From the IMG/VR virus record IMGVR_UViG_3300017740_000077, positions 1 through 24,966 of that record: DNA of 24,966 bases. One strand, given 5' to 3'. This document shows, in pieces, positions 1-9,443 of this stretch (the first letter of the stretch is position 1; each line of letters starts with the position of its first letter). Below the pieces are notes generated by a model. It worked only from the letters and a program-made list of their open reading frames with translations, was not told the DNA's origin and ran no database searches. Origin of the DNA: a virus. Taxonomy: Duplodnaviria; Caudoviricetes. The position numbers and the translations under genes are program-made.

Positions 1-1362
1 AACTTGGTAATTTCTATTTTGTTTTAAAGTATGCATAGGATACTCAGTAATACTTGTATCCCACTGTGTTTCATTTGTTCCTGAAACATTAAATGCTGAT
101 TTATTAGATGCATTTACTGAATACTCTATATTAGCAGGAGGTGTATGTTTATCTTGAAAATTACTATATACAACTCTATTGCTAATTATTTCTTGACCAA
201 AAGCTTTTACAGGTACTTTATCGTATACTCTGATTAAATCTGCATTTGGTAAGGTTTTAAAAGGCTTTCTTGCTTGATAATTATATTGTACAATGTCTGT
301 ACTATTAGATACAAAATCTGCTGTTTGTACATCAATAGTATCTATAACCTTTATAGTAGTTCCGTCAGATTCTTTATATAAAATTTCAATTTCACTTACT
401 TTAAAATTATTGTTTAATTGATTTGCTTTAGACGGTAATGGTATTTGCAATAAAATATTATCTACTTTATTTTCCATAAATTCAACTACAGTACTCCTAT
501 ATGCAGAATTTTCATCTTTTGAATTACCGCTAGGTGTAGTATTATTTAAAAAATACCCATCTTGATCCGGTATAAAAGCAGGCTGAGTAAATGGTGCAAT
601 TAATGAATATTCATTATCATCAAATTTAAATCTATAACTAAATCTTACAAATTTATCATTTAAATAATTTGGATCCCCAGGATAATTAGCTGCATAATAT
701 GGATTCGGTGTTCCGTTTGGTAAATTTTCACTAGTTCTATCATACATAGCTGTTTCATAAACACCTGTATTTGCACCCGTTTCTTTATAAAGCTGTATGG
801 GCTCAAACGGATTATATTTAGCAACTGATATTTGTTCTTCCGTAGTATAATATGTAGGGTCGGGAGCAGGTGCTATAGGTGCTGCTGAAGTAATGTTTAT
901 CTTACGAGGTTGATTTCTGTTATCTGTAAAAAATAAAAAGTTTTCTAAAACATTTACACCAATAATTAAATTAGTTGTAGCAAAATTTAAAAATGCACCT
1001 TTAAGTAATGGTGTTGCGGTATTTGAATTTACATTATAAGAGTAAACAAAATTATTTGCAGTAGGATTAAAAGCTTCCGGGTTGGTGGAAGGCGGAGTAT
1101 AATCTGTTAAAAATATATAAATAACCTCATTAGTTGCATCTGTAAATTGTCCAATAGTAGTAAGATTAGGCACGCCGGTTAAAGACGCAAAATCTATAAG
1201 TAATTTATTACCTCTTACATTTTGCAAGGATCCAACGTCAGCCCCTTCGGATCTACTAACTTGTATATTAATTCCTTCTCGATATTCACCTGATGGTAGT
1301 AATCTAGCATCAAGATCTTTATTCATTTTGGATTTAATAAAAGCATTTTTTACTTCAGCCAT
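1..1362 (-). CDS. Tail stabilisation / muzzle-like structural protein, N-terminal part (runs off the window edge)
   Basis: Not in the ORF track because no stop lies in the window. ATG at 1362; my translation begins MAEVKNAFIKSKMNKDLDARLLPSGEYREGINIQVSRSEGADVGSLQNVRGN. The F..KMNKDLD.RL....EY...N start and the later FTDNRNQPRKIN and FSYRFKFDDNEYSLIAPF segments resemble crAss-like tail stabilisation (P22 gp10-like) proteins. It follows the ring-protein genes. Confidence 0.8.
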   Translation of the reverse strand, partial: MAEVKNAFIKSKMNKDLDARLLPSGEYREGINIQVSRSEGADVGSLQNVRGNKLLIDFASLTGVPNLTTIGQFTDATNEVIYIFLTDYTPPSTNPEAFNPTANNFVYSYNVNSNTATPLLKGAFLNFATTNLIIGVNVLENFLFFTDNRNQPRKINITSAAPIAPAPDPTYYTTEEQISVAKYNPFEPIQLYKETGANTGVYETAMYDRTSENLPNGTPNPYYAANYPGDPNYLNDKFVRFSYRFKFDDNEYSLIAPFTQPAFIPDQDGYFLNNTTPSGNSKDENSAYRSTVVEFMENKVDNILLQIPLPSKANQLNNNFKVSEIEILYKESDGTTIKVIDTIDVQTADFVSNSTDIVQYNYQARKPFKTLPNADLIRVYDKVPVKAFGQEIISNRVVYSNFQDKHTPPANIEYSVNASNKSAFNVSGTNETQWDTSITEYPMHTLKQNRNYQV

Positions 1363-1368
1363 TTAATT

Positions 1369-2601
1369 TTAGTGTTTAATCCACTTGGATTTATTAGTCA
1401 TTACTTGAGTAAATTCTTCTAATTTAATATTAGATAATCTAATTTTAGCATTTCTTAATTTAGCGCTTCGCTCGCGTTTTAATCTATTTATTACATATTC
1501 GGGTATATTAATACGACTAGCTAGTATTGCATGACTAATATGAGCATATAATGCTTCTTCAGCCATTTTAGGCACTTTCATTGTTGCATCATAAGCAACT
1601 CCATCTGATATATATTCTAATATTATCAATGCCCCGTTTAAATCACTTGAAAAAGACATCTTGCCGACTCTTTCATCTATTGTAAACCATCCATTAACTT
1701 GTGTTATTTCAGGATCTAATCCATACCTTTGTCCATAAAATCCTCCATAGCCCCAATCAAAATTCCATATATCTAATGGAGCTAATCCTTCATTAATTTC
1801 TTGGGTAGTTATACCACCACTTAATAATCTAGGATTTGCTTTATCCCATCTTTCATTAGTTTGAGATGAACCTTCAAGCCCTTGATCATAAGACCCAGAG
1901 GTTTGCACGCCATCGCTGTCTTGTAAAGGTGTACTATAAGGCCGTGTTGTTAGAGTTGTAGGATATATAGGATGTTTAACCCCTAATCTATCAATCCATG
2001 AACAGCCCACATAATTAATATAATCTTGTGGTAAAGGAACAGAAAGTGTGGGTGGAACTGTCATTTCCGAAGAATGAATACTTTTTAAGGTATCATAGCT
2101 AAATTCTTGTAATCCTCTTTTAGCATGAAATAATACATCAGTTCTTTTAACACTTGGTATTAACTTACCAGCTCCCACATATGCAATCATAAAATTATTA
2201 ATTACATCATTCATAGATGTATATTGATAACTTCCATAATTTTCTTGAGTTGTTTTTCCAAAAGCATCTCGATTACCATACTCACCTCCGGTCTGAGTTT
2301 TTAATTGAACAACAATAAAACTACCAGTGGGTAAAGCGTTTGCAAAAGTTATTGTATTTTGAAAAATACTATATTCTTGTATATATTCTACAAAACTACC
2401 CGGTAAACCAGTTAAGCTTGTATAAAGAACAAAATTATTTAATCCAAATTTTGAATCTGTAGGTGAATAATTACCGTATATTAAATTAGTATTAAAAGTT
2501 GTAGTATAAGATAATTGATTAGCTTCAACTTTAAAGCTTTGAGCACCTTCGTAATATTGTCTATTTGTTTCGGTTATTAAACCACCGTCAACTTCTGCCA
2601 T
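1369..2601 (-). CDS. Virion structural protein, probable tail ring / tail tubular-type protein (410 aa)
   Basis: Long ORF between the capsid module and the stabilisation protein. The segments AKRGLQEFSYD, LPQDYINYV and ILEYISDG...VPKMAEEALYAHI...AKIRL resemble crAss-like ring proteins. Confidence 0.7.
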   Translation of the reverse strand: MAEVDGGLITETNRQYYEGAQSFKVEANQLSYTTTFNTNLIYGNYSPTDSKFGLNNFVLYTSLTGLPGSFVEYIQEYSIFQNTITFANALPTGSFIVVQLKTQTGGEYGNRDAFGKTTQENYGSYQYTSMNDVINNFMIAYVGAGKLIPSVKRTDVLFHAKRGLQEFSYDTLKSIHSSEMTVPPTLSVPLPQDYINYVGCSWIDRLGVKHPIYPTTLTTRPYSTPLQDSDGVQTSGSYDQGLEGSSQTNERWDKANPRLLSGGITTQEINEGLAPLDIWNFDWGYGGFYGQRYGLDPEITQVNGWFTIDERVGKMSFSSDLNGALIILEYISDGVAYDATMKVPKMAEEALYAHISHAILASRINIPEYVINRLKRERSAKLRNAKIRLSNIKLEEFTQVMTNKSKWIKH

Positions 2602-2607
2602 AATTTA

Positions 2608-3366
2608 TTAGCTTTTTTTATTTATTTCGTCCATTTGAACTTGTTGCGCTGCAGCTTGAATAACTTGAGGATCTCTAATAACTATTCCTGCATACATTAA
2701 TATTCTTAATATTACTTCTGTTTGTTCTGAATCTTGTAACTCAAAATTTACTGATCCAGTTGGTTGGGTAGCGGCATTAAAAGGGGTAGCATTATATATA
2801 TATTGCCCTAAACCTCCTACATCAAAACCCCATATAACATCTTTAGGCTTTCTTATAAAATCAACTGTTATTTTTGAAGTTATTTCAATTGGTTTTACAA
2901 AAAGTTTATTGTTTTCATATAAATAAACAGGCCAGGAAGTTGATGGCTTTGTTAATTGTGATTTATTAATGTAATAAAAATCACCTCTTTGAAGTCTTTG
3001 AAGTTCAACCTCATCATTGTATAATACAGTACCTAATCTATAAAAAGTTATAGCTTCTCCAAATCCATCTGTAGTTGGTAATGTAAAATACGGAGTTGCA
3101 GGATTCGTTGTTGAATCATATGTTGCATTTCCAAATGTTTTAAATATAGATATTTTTTCATCTAAATTGGTTACTCTATCTGAGTAATCTGCGTCGGCTT
3201 GTGGAACACGTATTTGCTGATTTAAATCTTCAAAATACTTTTCAAATATTTCAAGCTGAACCTGATTACCAATATTATTAAATTCTTGAGGTGTCATATA
3301 CCCTCTTTGTTCTTTATTTAATATTAATAAAACGGTTTGATATACGGTGTTTACGTTTATAGCCAT
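2608..3366 (-). CDS. Virion structural protein, probable ring / head-tail adaptor (252 aa)
   Basis: The N-terminus (LNKEQRGYMTPQEFN...QLEIF) and DFIRKP...W resemble crAss-like ring proteins; downstream of the capsid genes. Confidence 0.65.
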   Translation of the reverse strand: MAINVNTVYQTVLLILNKEQRGYMTPQEFNNIGNQVQLEIFEKYFEDLNQQIRVPQADADYSDRVTNLDEKISIFKTFGNATYDSTTNPATPYFTLPTTDGFGEAITFYRLGTVLYNDEVELQRLQRGDFYYINKSQLTKPSTSWPVYLYENNKLFVKPIEITSKITVDFIRKPKDVIWGFDVGGLGQYIYNATPFNAATQPTGSVNFELQDSEQTEVILRILMYAGIVIRDPQVIQAAAQQVQMDEINKKS

Positions 3367-3381
3367 TATTTTTTATTATTT

Positions 3382-3420
3382 TAATATAGAAGAGCCATAT
3401 TCCAGGCCCTTCTTATATTA
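3382..3420 (-). terminator. Intergenic hairpin (possible terminator or RNA processing/stabilising stem)
   Basis: Minus strand AGAAGGGCC-TGGAATAT-GGCTCTTCT gives a 9-bp stem with one G-U pair, extendable by flanking TAATAT/ATATTA. It lies just after the 274-aa gene. There is no good U-tract. Confidence 0.5.
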
Positions 3421-3430
3421 ATATTACATG

Positions 3431-4255
3431 TTATTTTAATTTTTTCTGTATAGATTTAAATACCTCCGTACCTTCATCTGTTTTGAAAAAAGCTGCCATT
3501 GCTGAATATGGATTTTCATCAAAAGGAACAGTCATTAATTTTTTATCATTTGAAGCCCACGTAAATGTTCTTTGGTCTTGTGATAATTTTATAATTCCTG
3601 TTTCTTGAGCTACAATTGCAATATTACGTAATTCAACATTATCATCTGACGCTAAGTCCAAAAATAAATCTGGCTTGCGTTTAGCAAATAATAATAAATC
3701 TCTGCGTATTTCTTTTGAGCTCATAGCTGTTACTTGAGAACCTAATTCAACTCTAAGTATTGCTTCTGCGTGATCAATATCAATATTTTTAGCAGCATTT
3801 AATGCATCAATTTGCATTTCTAAATCATCTAATTCATCTATAGCTTCTTCAACAGCATCAAATTCTTTATATAAGACATTAAGTTTAGGATGATATAATG
3901 ATAATAACTTTTGCAAATTTTGTTTTTCTTTTGGAACTGTTAATGTTCCGTTTTTAAAAATTATATGACCTAATGTAGCTTCGCCTTTTTGCTCAGCAGC
4001 AAATGGTGAAGTTTGATTAGTTGCATATCTTAGTTCTTTTTGTTCATTAGTTTTAGAATCAAACCATAACAATGGAACTTTAGTTGTATGACGAGAAGGT
4101 ATTGTTAATGTTAAAGGACTTTTGTTTCCTGTTAAATAATAATTTCTGTCTTTTATTTCCCACTGTGGTTGAGTAGGTTTTTTAATTGTTTCTTTTACTA
4201 TAGGTGCTTCTTGTTCAATAACAGGAGCATCTGTATTTTTAGCTTTTTTAGCCAT
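3431..4255 (-). CDS. Phage protein of unknown function downstream of the major capsid gene (274 aa)
   Basis: Intact ORF filling the gap, same strand, A-rich start context. Confidence 0.75.
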   Translation of the reverse strand: MAKKAKNTDAPVIEQEAPIVKETIKKPTQPQWEIKDRNYYLTGNKSPLTLTIPSRHTTKVPLLWFDSKTNEQKELRYATNQTSPFAAEQKGEATLGHIIFKNGTLTVPKEKQNLQKLLSLYHPKLNVLYKEFDAVEEAIDELDDLEMQIDALNAAKNIDIDHAEAILRVELGSQVTAMSSKEIRRDLLLFAKRKPDLFLDLASDDNVELRNIAIVAQETGIIKLSQDQRTFTWASNDKKLMTVPFDENPYSAMAAFFKTDEGTEVFKSIQKKLK

Positions 4256-4282
4256 GATATAATATAATTTAAAAGTTAATAT

Positions 4283-4319
4283 AAAAAATTACCCAAGGGG
4301 CTTGCGCCCCCTGAATAAT
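4283..4319 (-). terminator. Rho-independent terminator after the major capsid gene
   Basis: Minus strand ATTATTCAGGGGGC-GCAA-GCCCCTTGGGTAAT-TTTTT: a 14-bp stem with G-U pairs, a GNRA tetraloop and a U-tract, 15 nt after the capsid stop. Confidence 0.85.
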
Positions 4320-4334
4320 AATATGTATAATCTA

Positions 4335-5771
4335 CTATTTAGTAAATAATACGAAGTTGTTTGCAGCCTGAACTACTAAACATCTTTCAGATAGGAAATG
4401 AACTTCCATCGCATCTAATGAAGATGTATAAGCACCCCCAACAGATCCTGTTAACCAAGACTTCATTCTTCTATCATCCGCTTCAGATGCACGGTAACGT
4501 ACATGCAAGAAAGGTCGTCTGATATTAGTTCCTAAGATTTGGTCATATACAGTTGATGTACCAGCTGGAACAAGGACACCATCAATTGGATTGTCTGCCA
4601 TTGCACCTCTAGTAGAAGCATCATTTAAGTATTTCCAGTCAGTTTTATAGAAATCATAAGAACCTCTACGGAAACCAGTAAATCCAAGATTTAATGCCAT
4701 TTCTTCAGAGTTTTCAAATAATCCATAAGCTGTACCTCCGTTTGCACCAGCAGAAAGAGTAGCTAACATATCGTCAAAATCTAAAGACGTAGAACGATTT
4801 AAGAAAAGCATGTTTTCTTCAATAGCTCCTTGAGTATCTAAATTTTTAAGGATATTGTCAAATGTACCTAATCCACCAGCAGCAACAAAGCCACTTACTA
4901 CATTACCTCTATCTTGAATAGCTGCAAATAAACCTTGAGTACCACCGTAAGCAATACCTGCAATTCCTGCAACACCAGAACCAGCTGCTGCTAATTCTCC
5001 TTCAACTACAGCCATTTCTAAGTAATCTTCAAAACGTAAACGAGTTTCTGATTCAGCTTTTAAATACCATAGGAATCCAGATGTTCCATCTTCAGTCGCT
5101 ACTTCAACCCATCCTATTTGAGCAGTATCAGATCCATTGATTGCATACTTTTCTTTAATAATGATAGGAGAATTTTGAAACTGTGTAAAACTTGGAGTTA
5201 CACTTTTAATATCATTGTCTGTAGTTCCTTTTCTATATTCAGAACCATAAACAAATATTTTTAATCCTGCTGTAGCCTGTGGAATCGTTGGAGCAACATT
5301 AGCTGCTGTATACGATTTAACAGAAATACTAGCTACACCTGCCGCTGTTACACTTCCTACTACAAGAGCTTTAACTTCTGCTCCATTAGCTGGATTCATA
5401 ATAACGATAGTTTGATTTACAGAAATAACATTTTCAACAAATGTTGCACCTGCACCACCTACGGGGAATGTAATATCATCTGCTACTGCAGCTGAGTGAG
5501 TACATCCATCATAAGCAATATGTAAACGGTTTTGCTCAGACCATACAATTTGGTCAGAAGTCATGGGCATTTCTGCACCAACCATTCTTAAGAAGCCAGA
5601 TAACGTTCTGTTTCCGTAACGCTCTACTTCTTGCTCATAAATTTCAGGAAGGTATTGTTGCGCGAAGTCATTGTTACCATCGGTGAAACTTAAATAATTT
5701 GTCTCTAAAAGCTGTTGCTTCTGAGACGGTTTAATTGACCCATATACTGGGGCCACTGGAACTGTTGCCAT
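4335..5771 (-). CDS. Major capsid protein (478 aa)
   Basis: Canonical position after portal and acidic scaffold. Suitable size and Ala/Gly-rich composition, tandem TAG TAG stop and a strong terminator. Segments such as QQYLPEIYEQEVERYGNR and GFTGFRRGSYDFYK resemble capsids of Bacteroidota podoviruses. Confidence 0.85.
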   Translation of the reverse strand: MATVPVAPVYGSIKPSQKQQLLETNYLSFTDGNNDFAQQYLPEIYEQEVERYGNRTLSGFLRMVGAEMPMTSDQIVWSEQNRLHIAYDGCTHSAAVADDITFPVGGAGATFVENVISVNQTIVIMNPANGAEVKALVVGSVTAAGVASISVKSYTAANVAPTIPQATAGLKIFVYGSEYRKGTTDNDIKSVTPSFTQFQNSPIIIKEKYAINGSDTAQIGWVEVATEDGTSGFLWYLKAESETRLRFEDYLEMAVVEGELAAAGSGVAGIAGIAYGGTQGLFAAIQDRGNVVSGFVAAGGLGTFDNILKNLDTQGAIEENMLFLNRSTSLDFDDMLATLSAGANGGTAYGLFENSEEMALNLGFTGFRRGSYDFYKTDWKYLNDASTRGAMADNPIDGVLVPAGTSTVYDQILGTNIRRPFLHVRYRASEADDRRMKSWLTGSVGGAYTSSLDAMEVHFLSERCLVVQAANNFVLFTK

Positions 5772-5790
5772 AATTTTTAAATTTTAATTT

Positions 5791-6999
5791 TTAATTGAAT
5801 CTTTTTTTCTTAATTGTTAATTTTGAAGAATCAAGTCCACTTATAGCTCTGACCTTAAGACCATTAACAAATACATTTCCGTCAGCAGTAGCTCTAGGCT
5901 CTGTACTAACATTTTTGGATTTATCAATAACATTCTTAACTGCATCAGCTTTTCCTTGCTCATAAAAATGATTTGCAATTTTATCAACATTCGATGCTGC
6001 ATACATAGCTTTATGATAACCTTTAGTATCAACAACTTCACCTTTATCATTTAGGAACTTCCCAATAATATTGTTAATATTAGATTGATTATCAGCAACT
6101 TGGTCTGCATTTTGAACTTTATATCTAAACTTTTTATCACCTACATTGAAATCAAAACCTTTGAAATCATTATTAAATAGTTGTTTTGTGTTAGATTTAA
6201 ATTGCTCATGCTGCTGTTTTGCGACATTTTGTTCTTCATTGTATCTGTTAAAAAAGTCTAAAGCTTTTTGTTGTTCTTGAGTAGTACCAGGTCTCAACTT
6301 GATTTCCTTGTAATATTTACCCTTAAGATCATCCAAATAACTTTTGGCTTTTGCAACCTCTTCTTTGTACGCTAATTTCTTTTTACGTACATCTCGTTCG
6401 TCATCTACCTCTTCGTCAAAATTAAATTCGTCTTCCATAAGAAAACTAATTTCTTCAAAGTCTAAATGAGGGCGAGTATTTTTATAATATTCTCTTAAAA
6501 GCGTTTTATCATTAACATTATTGTAATCAGCATTTAATCGAACATAGTCTTCTATATTTCCGCCAGTTTCTTTCATAAATGAAACTAAGCTTTCAATATT
6601 TTCCGGTAATATTCTTTCGTCTTTTACCGCTTCTTTAATTTCTTCTTTAATTGTTTCTTGTTTGGTTTCCTCTTTATCACCAATTTCTACAATTTCTTCT
6701 AAGACTGTTTCTTCTTTAGAATCTTCGGCAGTAGTTTCAGGTTCTTTGTTTCCTTCAACCACCTTTGAGCCATTGTCGGATGATTCTTGAACATCCATCT
6801 CATTTGTGCTTTGCTCCTGAATGTCATCTTCTTCTTTTTTTTCGTTAGGTACAACTACTTTTGTAATTGTTTCTTTTTTTTCAACCTTAGGTTCAACTAA
6901 ATTTACTTTTGTAATTTCGTTTTTTTTCCCAAGCTTTTTCATTTTAGGCTTTTTCTTTATTTTGAAATCACCTTCTTTAATTTCTGGTGTTGTTGACAT
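5791..6999 (-). CDS. Probable capsid scaffolding protein (402 aa)
   Basis: Very E/K-rich, low-complexity N-terminal half and a helical C-terminal half; located between portal and capsid genes. Confidence 0.7.
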   Translation of the reverse strand: MSTTPEIKEGDFKIKKKPKMKKLGKKNEITKVNLVEPKVEKKETITKVVVPNEKKEEDDIQEQSTNEMDVQESSDNGSKVVEGNKEPETTAEDSKEETVLEEIVEIGDKEETKQETIKEEIKEAVKDERILPENIESLVSFMKETGGNIEDYVRLNADYNNVNDKTLLREYYKNTRPHLDFEEISFLMEDEFNFDEEVDDERDVRKKKLAYKEEVAKAKSYLDDLKGKYYKEIKLRPGTTQEQQKALDFFNRYNEEQNVAKQQHEQFKSNTKQLFNNDFKGFDFNVGDKKFRYKVQNADQVADNQSNINNIIGKFLNDKGEVVDTKGYHKAMYAASNVDKIANHFYEQGKADAVKNVIDKSKNVSTEPRATADGNVFVNGLKVRAISGLDSSKLTIKKKRFN

Positions 7000-7031
7000 A
7001 ATATAATAGTATAAAATTGATTAATAAAAAA

Positions 7032-9443
7032 TTATCTAGGATTGAATTGTTCCAATCCAAATCCGTCTAAGTTGTCATTTCCGGCGGATTCAAAATTCTT
7101 AGGTAATAAATCATTTTGTCTTTGATCTATTAACTCAGATTGTTGCGTTCCTTGTATACGAACACGCTGATCTTTTCGATCTTCTATTTCTTTTTCTTTT
7201 TGAGTTTCAGCTTTACCTTTAGCTTGAGCTAATTGTATTTGATAATTAAATTCTTCTGCCATAAGTTCTCTTTTAATTTGAGATTCTGTACGCATTCTTT
7301 CAATTTCAAATTGTGATTTAGCTTGTTCAATGCTAACTTTTTCAGCTGTAATAGCTTGTTGCTTTTGTACTTCAGCCAAAGCAGCAGCCTCAGATGCTTT
7401 TGCGTTAGCTTCTGCTTGCGCATTTATATTAGCTAATTGCTGTGCTTCTACAGCCTCTTGTTTTTTCTTACGTTTAAATTTAAGAGTTTGATTAGCTAAT
7501 TTTAAATTTTTAATTTGTCTTATATCAATTGCATCTTCTAAATCAATTCCTCCTGACTGTAATGCAACTTGAATATTTTGTTCTAATTGAGCTTGTTCTT
7601 CTGATTCAGGCTCTAATTCTAAATATATGCCAAAGTCATATAAATTTAAATCTTTTATTTCATTTAATGTTTTAACATTGAATTTTGAAATACTTTGTTT
7701 TAATGATTCATTAGTTAATGGATTATCTAAACAATCAGCAATTCTTAATGATATATTTTCACATATTCTTAATGTTAAAAATAAACTAGATTTTAAAATA
7801 TGTTTAGTAGCAATATTTGATTGATTTGCTGCTAATTTTTGTAATCCTACTAAAGCATTTTTATCAGGAGTACTTGCGTCTCTTGCTTCATTTAGTCCGG
7901 TTACATCTCTTATCATTTGTAAATAATATTGATAAGTATTAATTAATGAATTTATTTTTGCTTGCCCTGCAGATGATGTAAGCTCCTGAACAGGAACTTT
8001 ACCTCTATTTAATTCACCATCTTGTGTTAACGATCTTCCAACAATACTACCTGTTTGAAAATACATATTTAATGCTTCAGCTGGATTATAATTAGTACCA
8101 TTACCTAAATCTACTTCTGCTAATCCATCCATATCTAAAAATACTCCATCTGGAACTATTCTAGACATTACTTGTTGTAGTTTTAAATGAGTTAATTGAA
8201 TCATATCAGCAAAACCTGTTATTCTGCTTACAAGAGATTCAATACGGCCTTTATACATTCTAGGTGCAGTAACAGCGTAATTCATTTTTACTTTTGTAGT
8301 ATCTGCATAAGGACGGGTCATATTTTCGCACAGTTCCCATCGAAGCATTGTATTATTACCTAATATTTTAACCCCATCATATAATACTTCAATTGTTCTT
8401 GCATCTCTTTCAAAATTATCATTTGGAGGTGGATTAAAGGTATCTGGTTTTTCAATTACTTTTTCTAAACCACTTTCTGTTTGTTTAATTTTAAATACTT
8501 GGTTCATGTAAGTTTTGTATTCAAAATATAATACCTGCACGGTATTTTCATCATAATTACCCCATCCTGAAACATATTGTTTATTACCGGGCATATTTTG
8601 TATATCTTTTAGTTCCTCTTCTGAAATGTATGGAAATTGCTTTTTTAATTCTGGTATTGTTATAGATTTTACTTCACCAGCATAATATATATCTTCAAAA
8701 TCCGGATCTTCTGTATATGAATAAACTAAATAAGCAGGATCTACATAATCAACAACTATTCCATTTGAATGATTAAAAGACGTTTTAGATGCAGCAATAC
8801 CTAATACAGCCAAATCATACACACATCTTTTTTTAATATTATCGTATTTATTATTAGCTAATACATTATTTATAGCTTCTTCTTCAGCTATTTCTACAGA
8901 TTGTTTATAGCTAGTTTGCATCATTACTTCTAACTCCTCGGGAGTTTCAGGTAATTGTTCTGCAGCTATTGGTGAATTAGAAAAATCTTCCCCTAATAAT
9001 TTATTAGCCATTCCTTGTAATTCTTGTGTATACATATCTCGTAATACACTTCTTGCATATTCAGTTTTTTCTTGTAACGATGCAGGGTCTTGCGCAAAAG
9101 CTTTTATTTCAAAATCTTTATCTGAAATACCATTTACTACTATGTCTATAAACTTAGGAATCACTGGTACTGGCTTCCAGTCTAAATTTAAATAAGATAA
9201 GTCCCCATTGATAGATAGCTCATCTTTATATTTTTGGATTGATTGTTCTCCTCTAGCATACAATCTTAACTGATGATAATTATTCCAAGAAGTTTGGTAT
9301 CTATTCCAGTTACTTCTTCCTTGATTAAACCATTCTCTTTCTATAGCATGAGCAACTTGTCTACCGTAATCTACGCTAGCTTTTTCTTCATTACTTACTA
9401 CTTGACTTGGAAATGAGCTATTAGGGTTTGTATATACATTCAT
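7032..9443 (-). CDS. Portal protein (803 aa)
   Basis: Directly follows the terminase large subunit. Large podovirus-type size with a long C-terminal coiled coil (A/E/Q-rich), as in P22/crAss-like portals. Confidence 0.85.
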   Translation of the reverse strand: MNVYTNPNSSFPSQVVSNEEKASVDYGRQVAHAIEREWFNQGRSNWNRYQTSWNNYHQLRLYARGEQSIQKYKDELSINGDLSYLNLDWKPVPVIPKFIDIVVNGISDKDFEIKAFAQDPASLQEKTEYARSVLRDMYTQELQGMANKLLGEDFSNSPIAAEQLPETPEELEVMMQTSYKQSVEIAEEEAINNVLANNKYDNIKKRCVYDLAVLGIAASKTSFNHSNGIVVDYVDPAYLVYSYTEDPDFEDIYYAGEVKSITIPELKKQFPYISEEELKDIQNMPGNKQYVSGWGNYDENTVQVLYFEYKTYMNQVFKIKQTESGLEKVIEKPDTFNPPPNDNFERDARTIEVLYDGVKILGNNTMLRWELCENMTRPYADTTKVKMNYAVTAPRMYKGRIESLVSRITGFADMIQLTHLKLQQVMSRIVPDGVFLDMDGLAEVDLGNGTNYNPAEALNMYFQTGSIVGRSLTQDGELNRGKVPVQELTSSAGQAKINSLINTYQYYLQMIRDVTGLNEARDASTPDKNALVGLQKLAANQSNIATKHILKSSLFLTLRICENISLRIADCLDNPLTNESLKQSISKFNVKTLNEIKDLNLYDFGIYLELEPESEEQAQLEQNIQVALQSGGIDLEDAIDIRQIKNLKLANQTLKFKRKKKQEAVEAQQLANINAQAEANAKASEAAALAEVQKQQAITAEKVSIEQAKSQFEIERMRTESQIKRELMAEEFNYQIQLAQAKGKAETQKEKEIEDRKDQRVRIQGTQQSELIDQRQNDLLPKNFESAGNDNLDGFGLEQFNPR

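Noticed and set aside
4332-4337. Stop-codon reassignment (TAG/TGA) as in some crAss-like phages
   Set aside because: Genes are full length under the standard code. TAG ends the capsid gene (TAG TAG) and groEL, and TGA ends groES.
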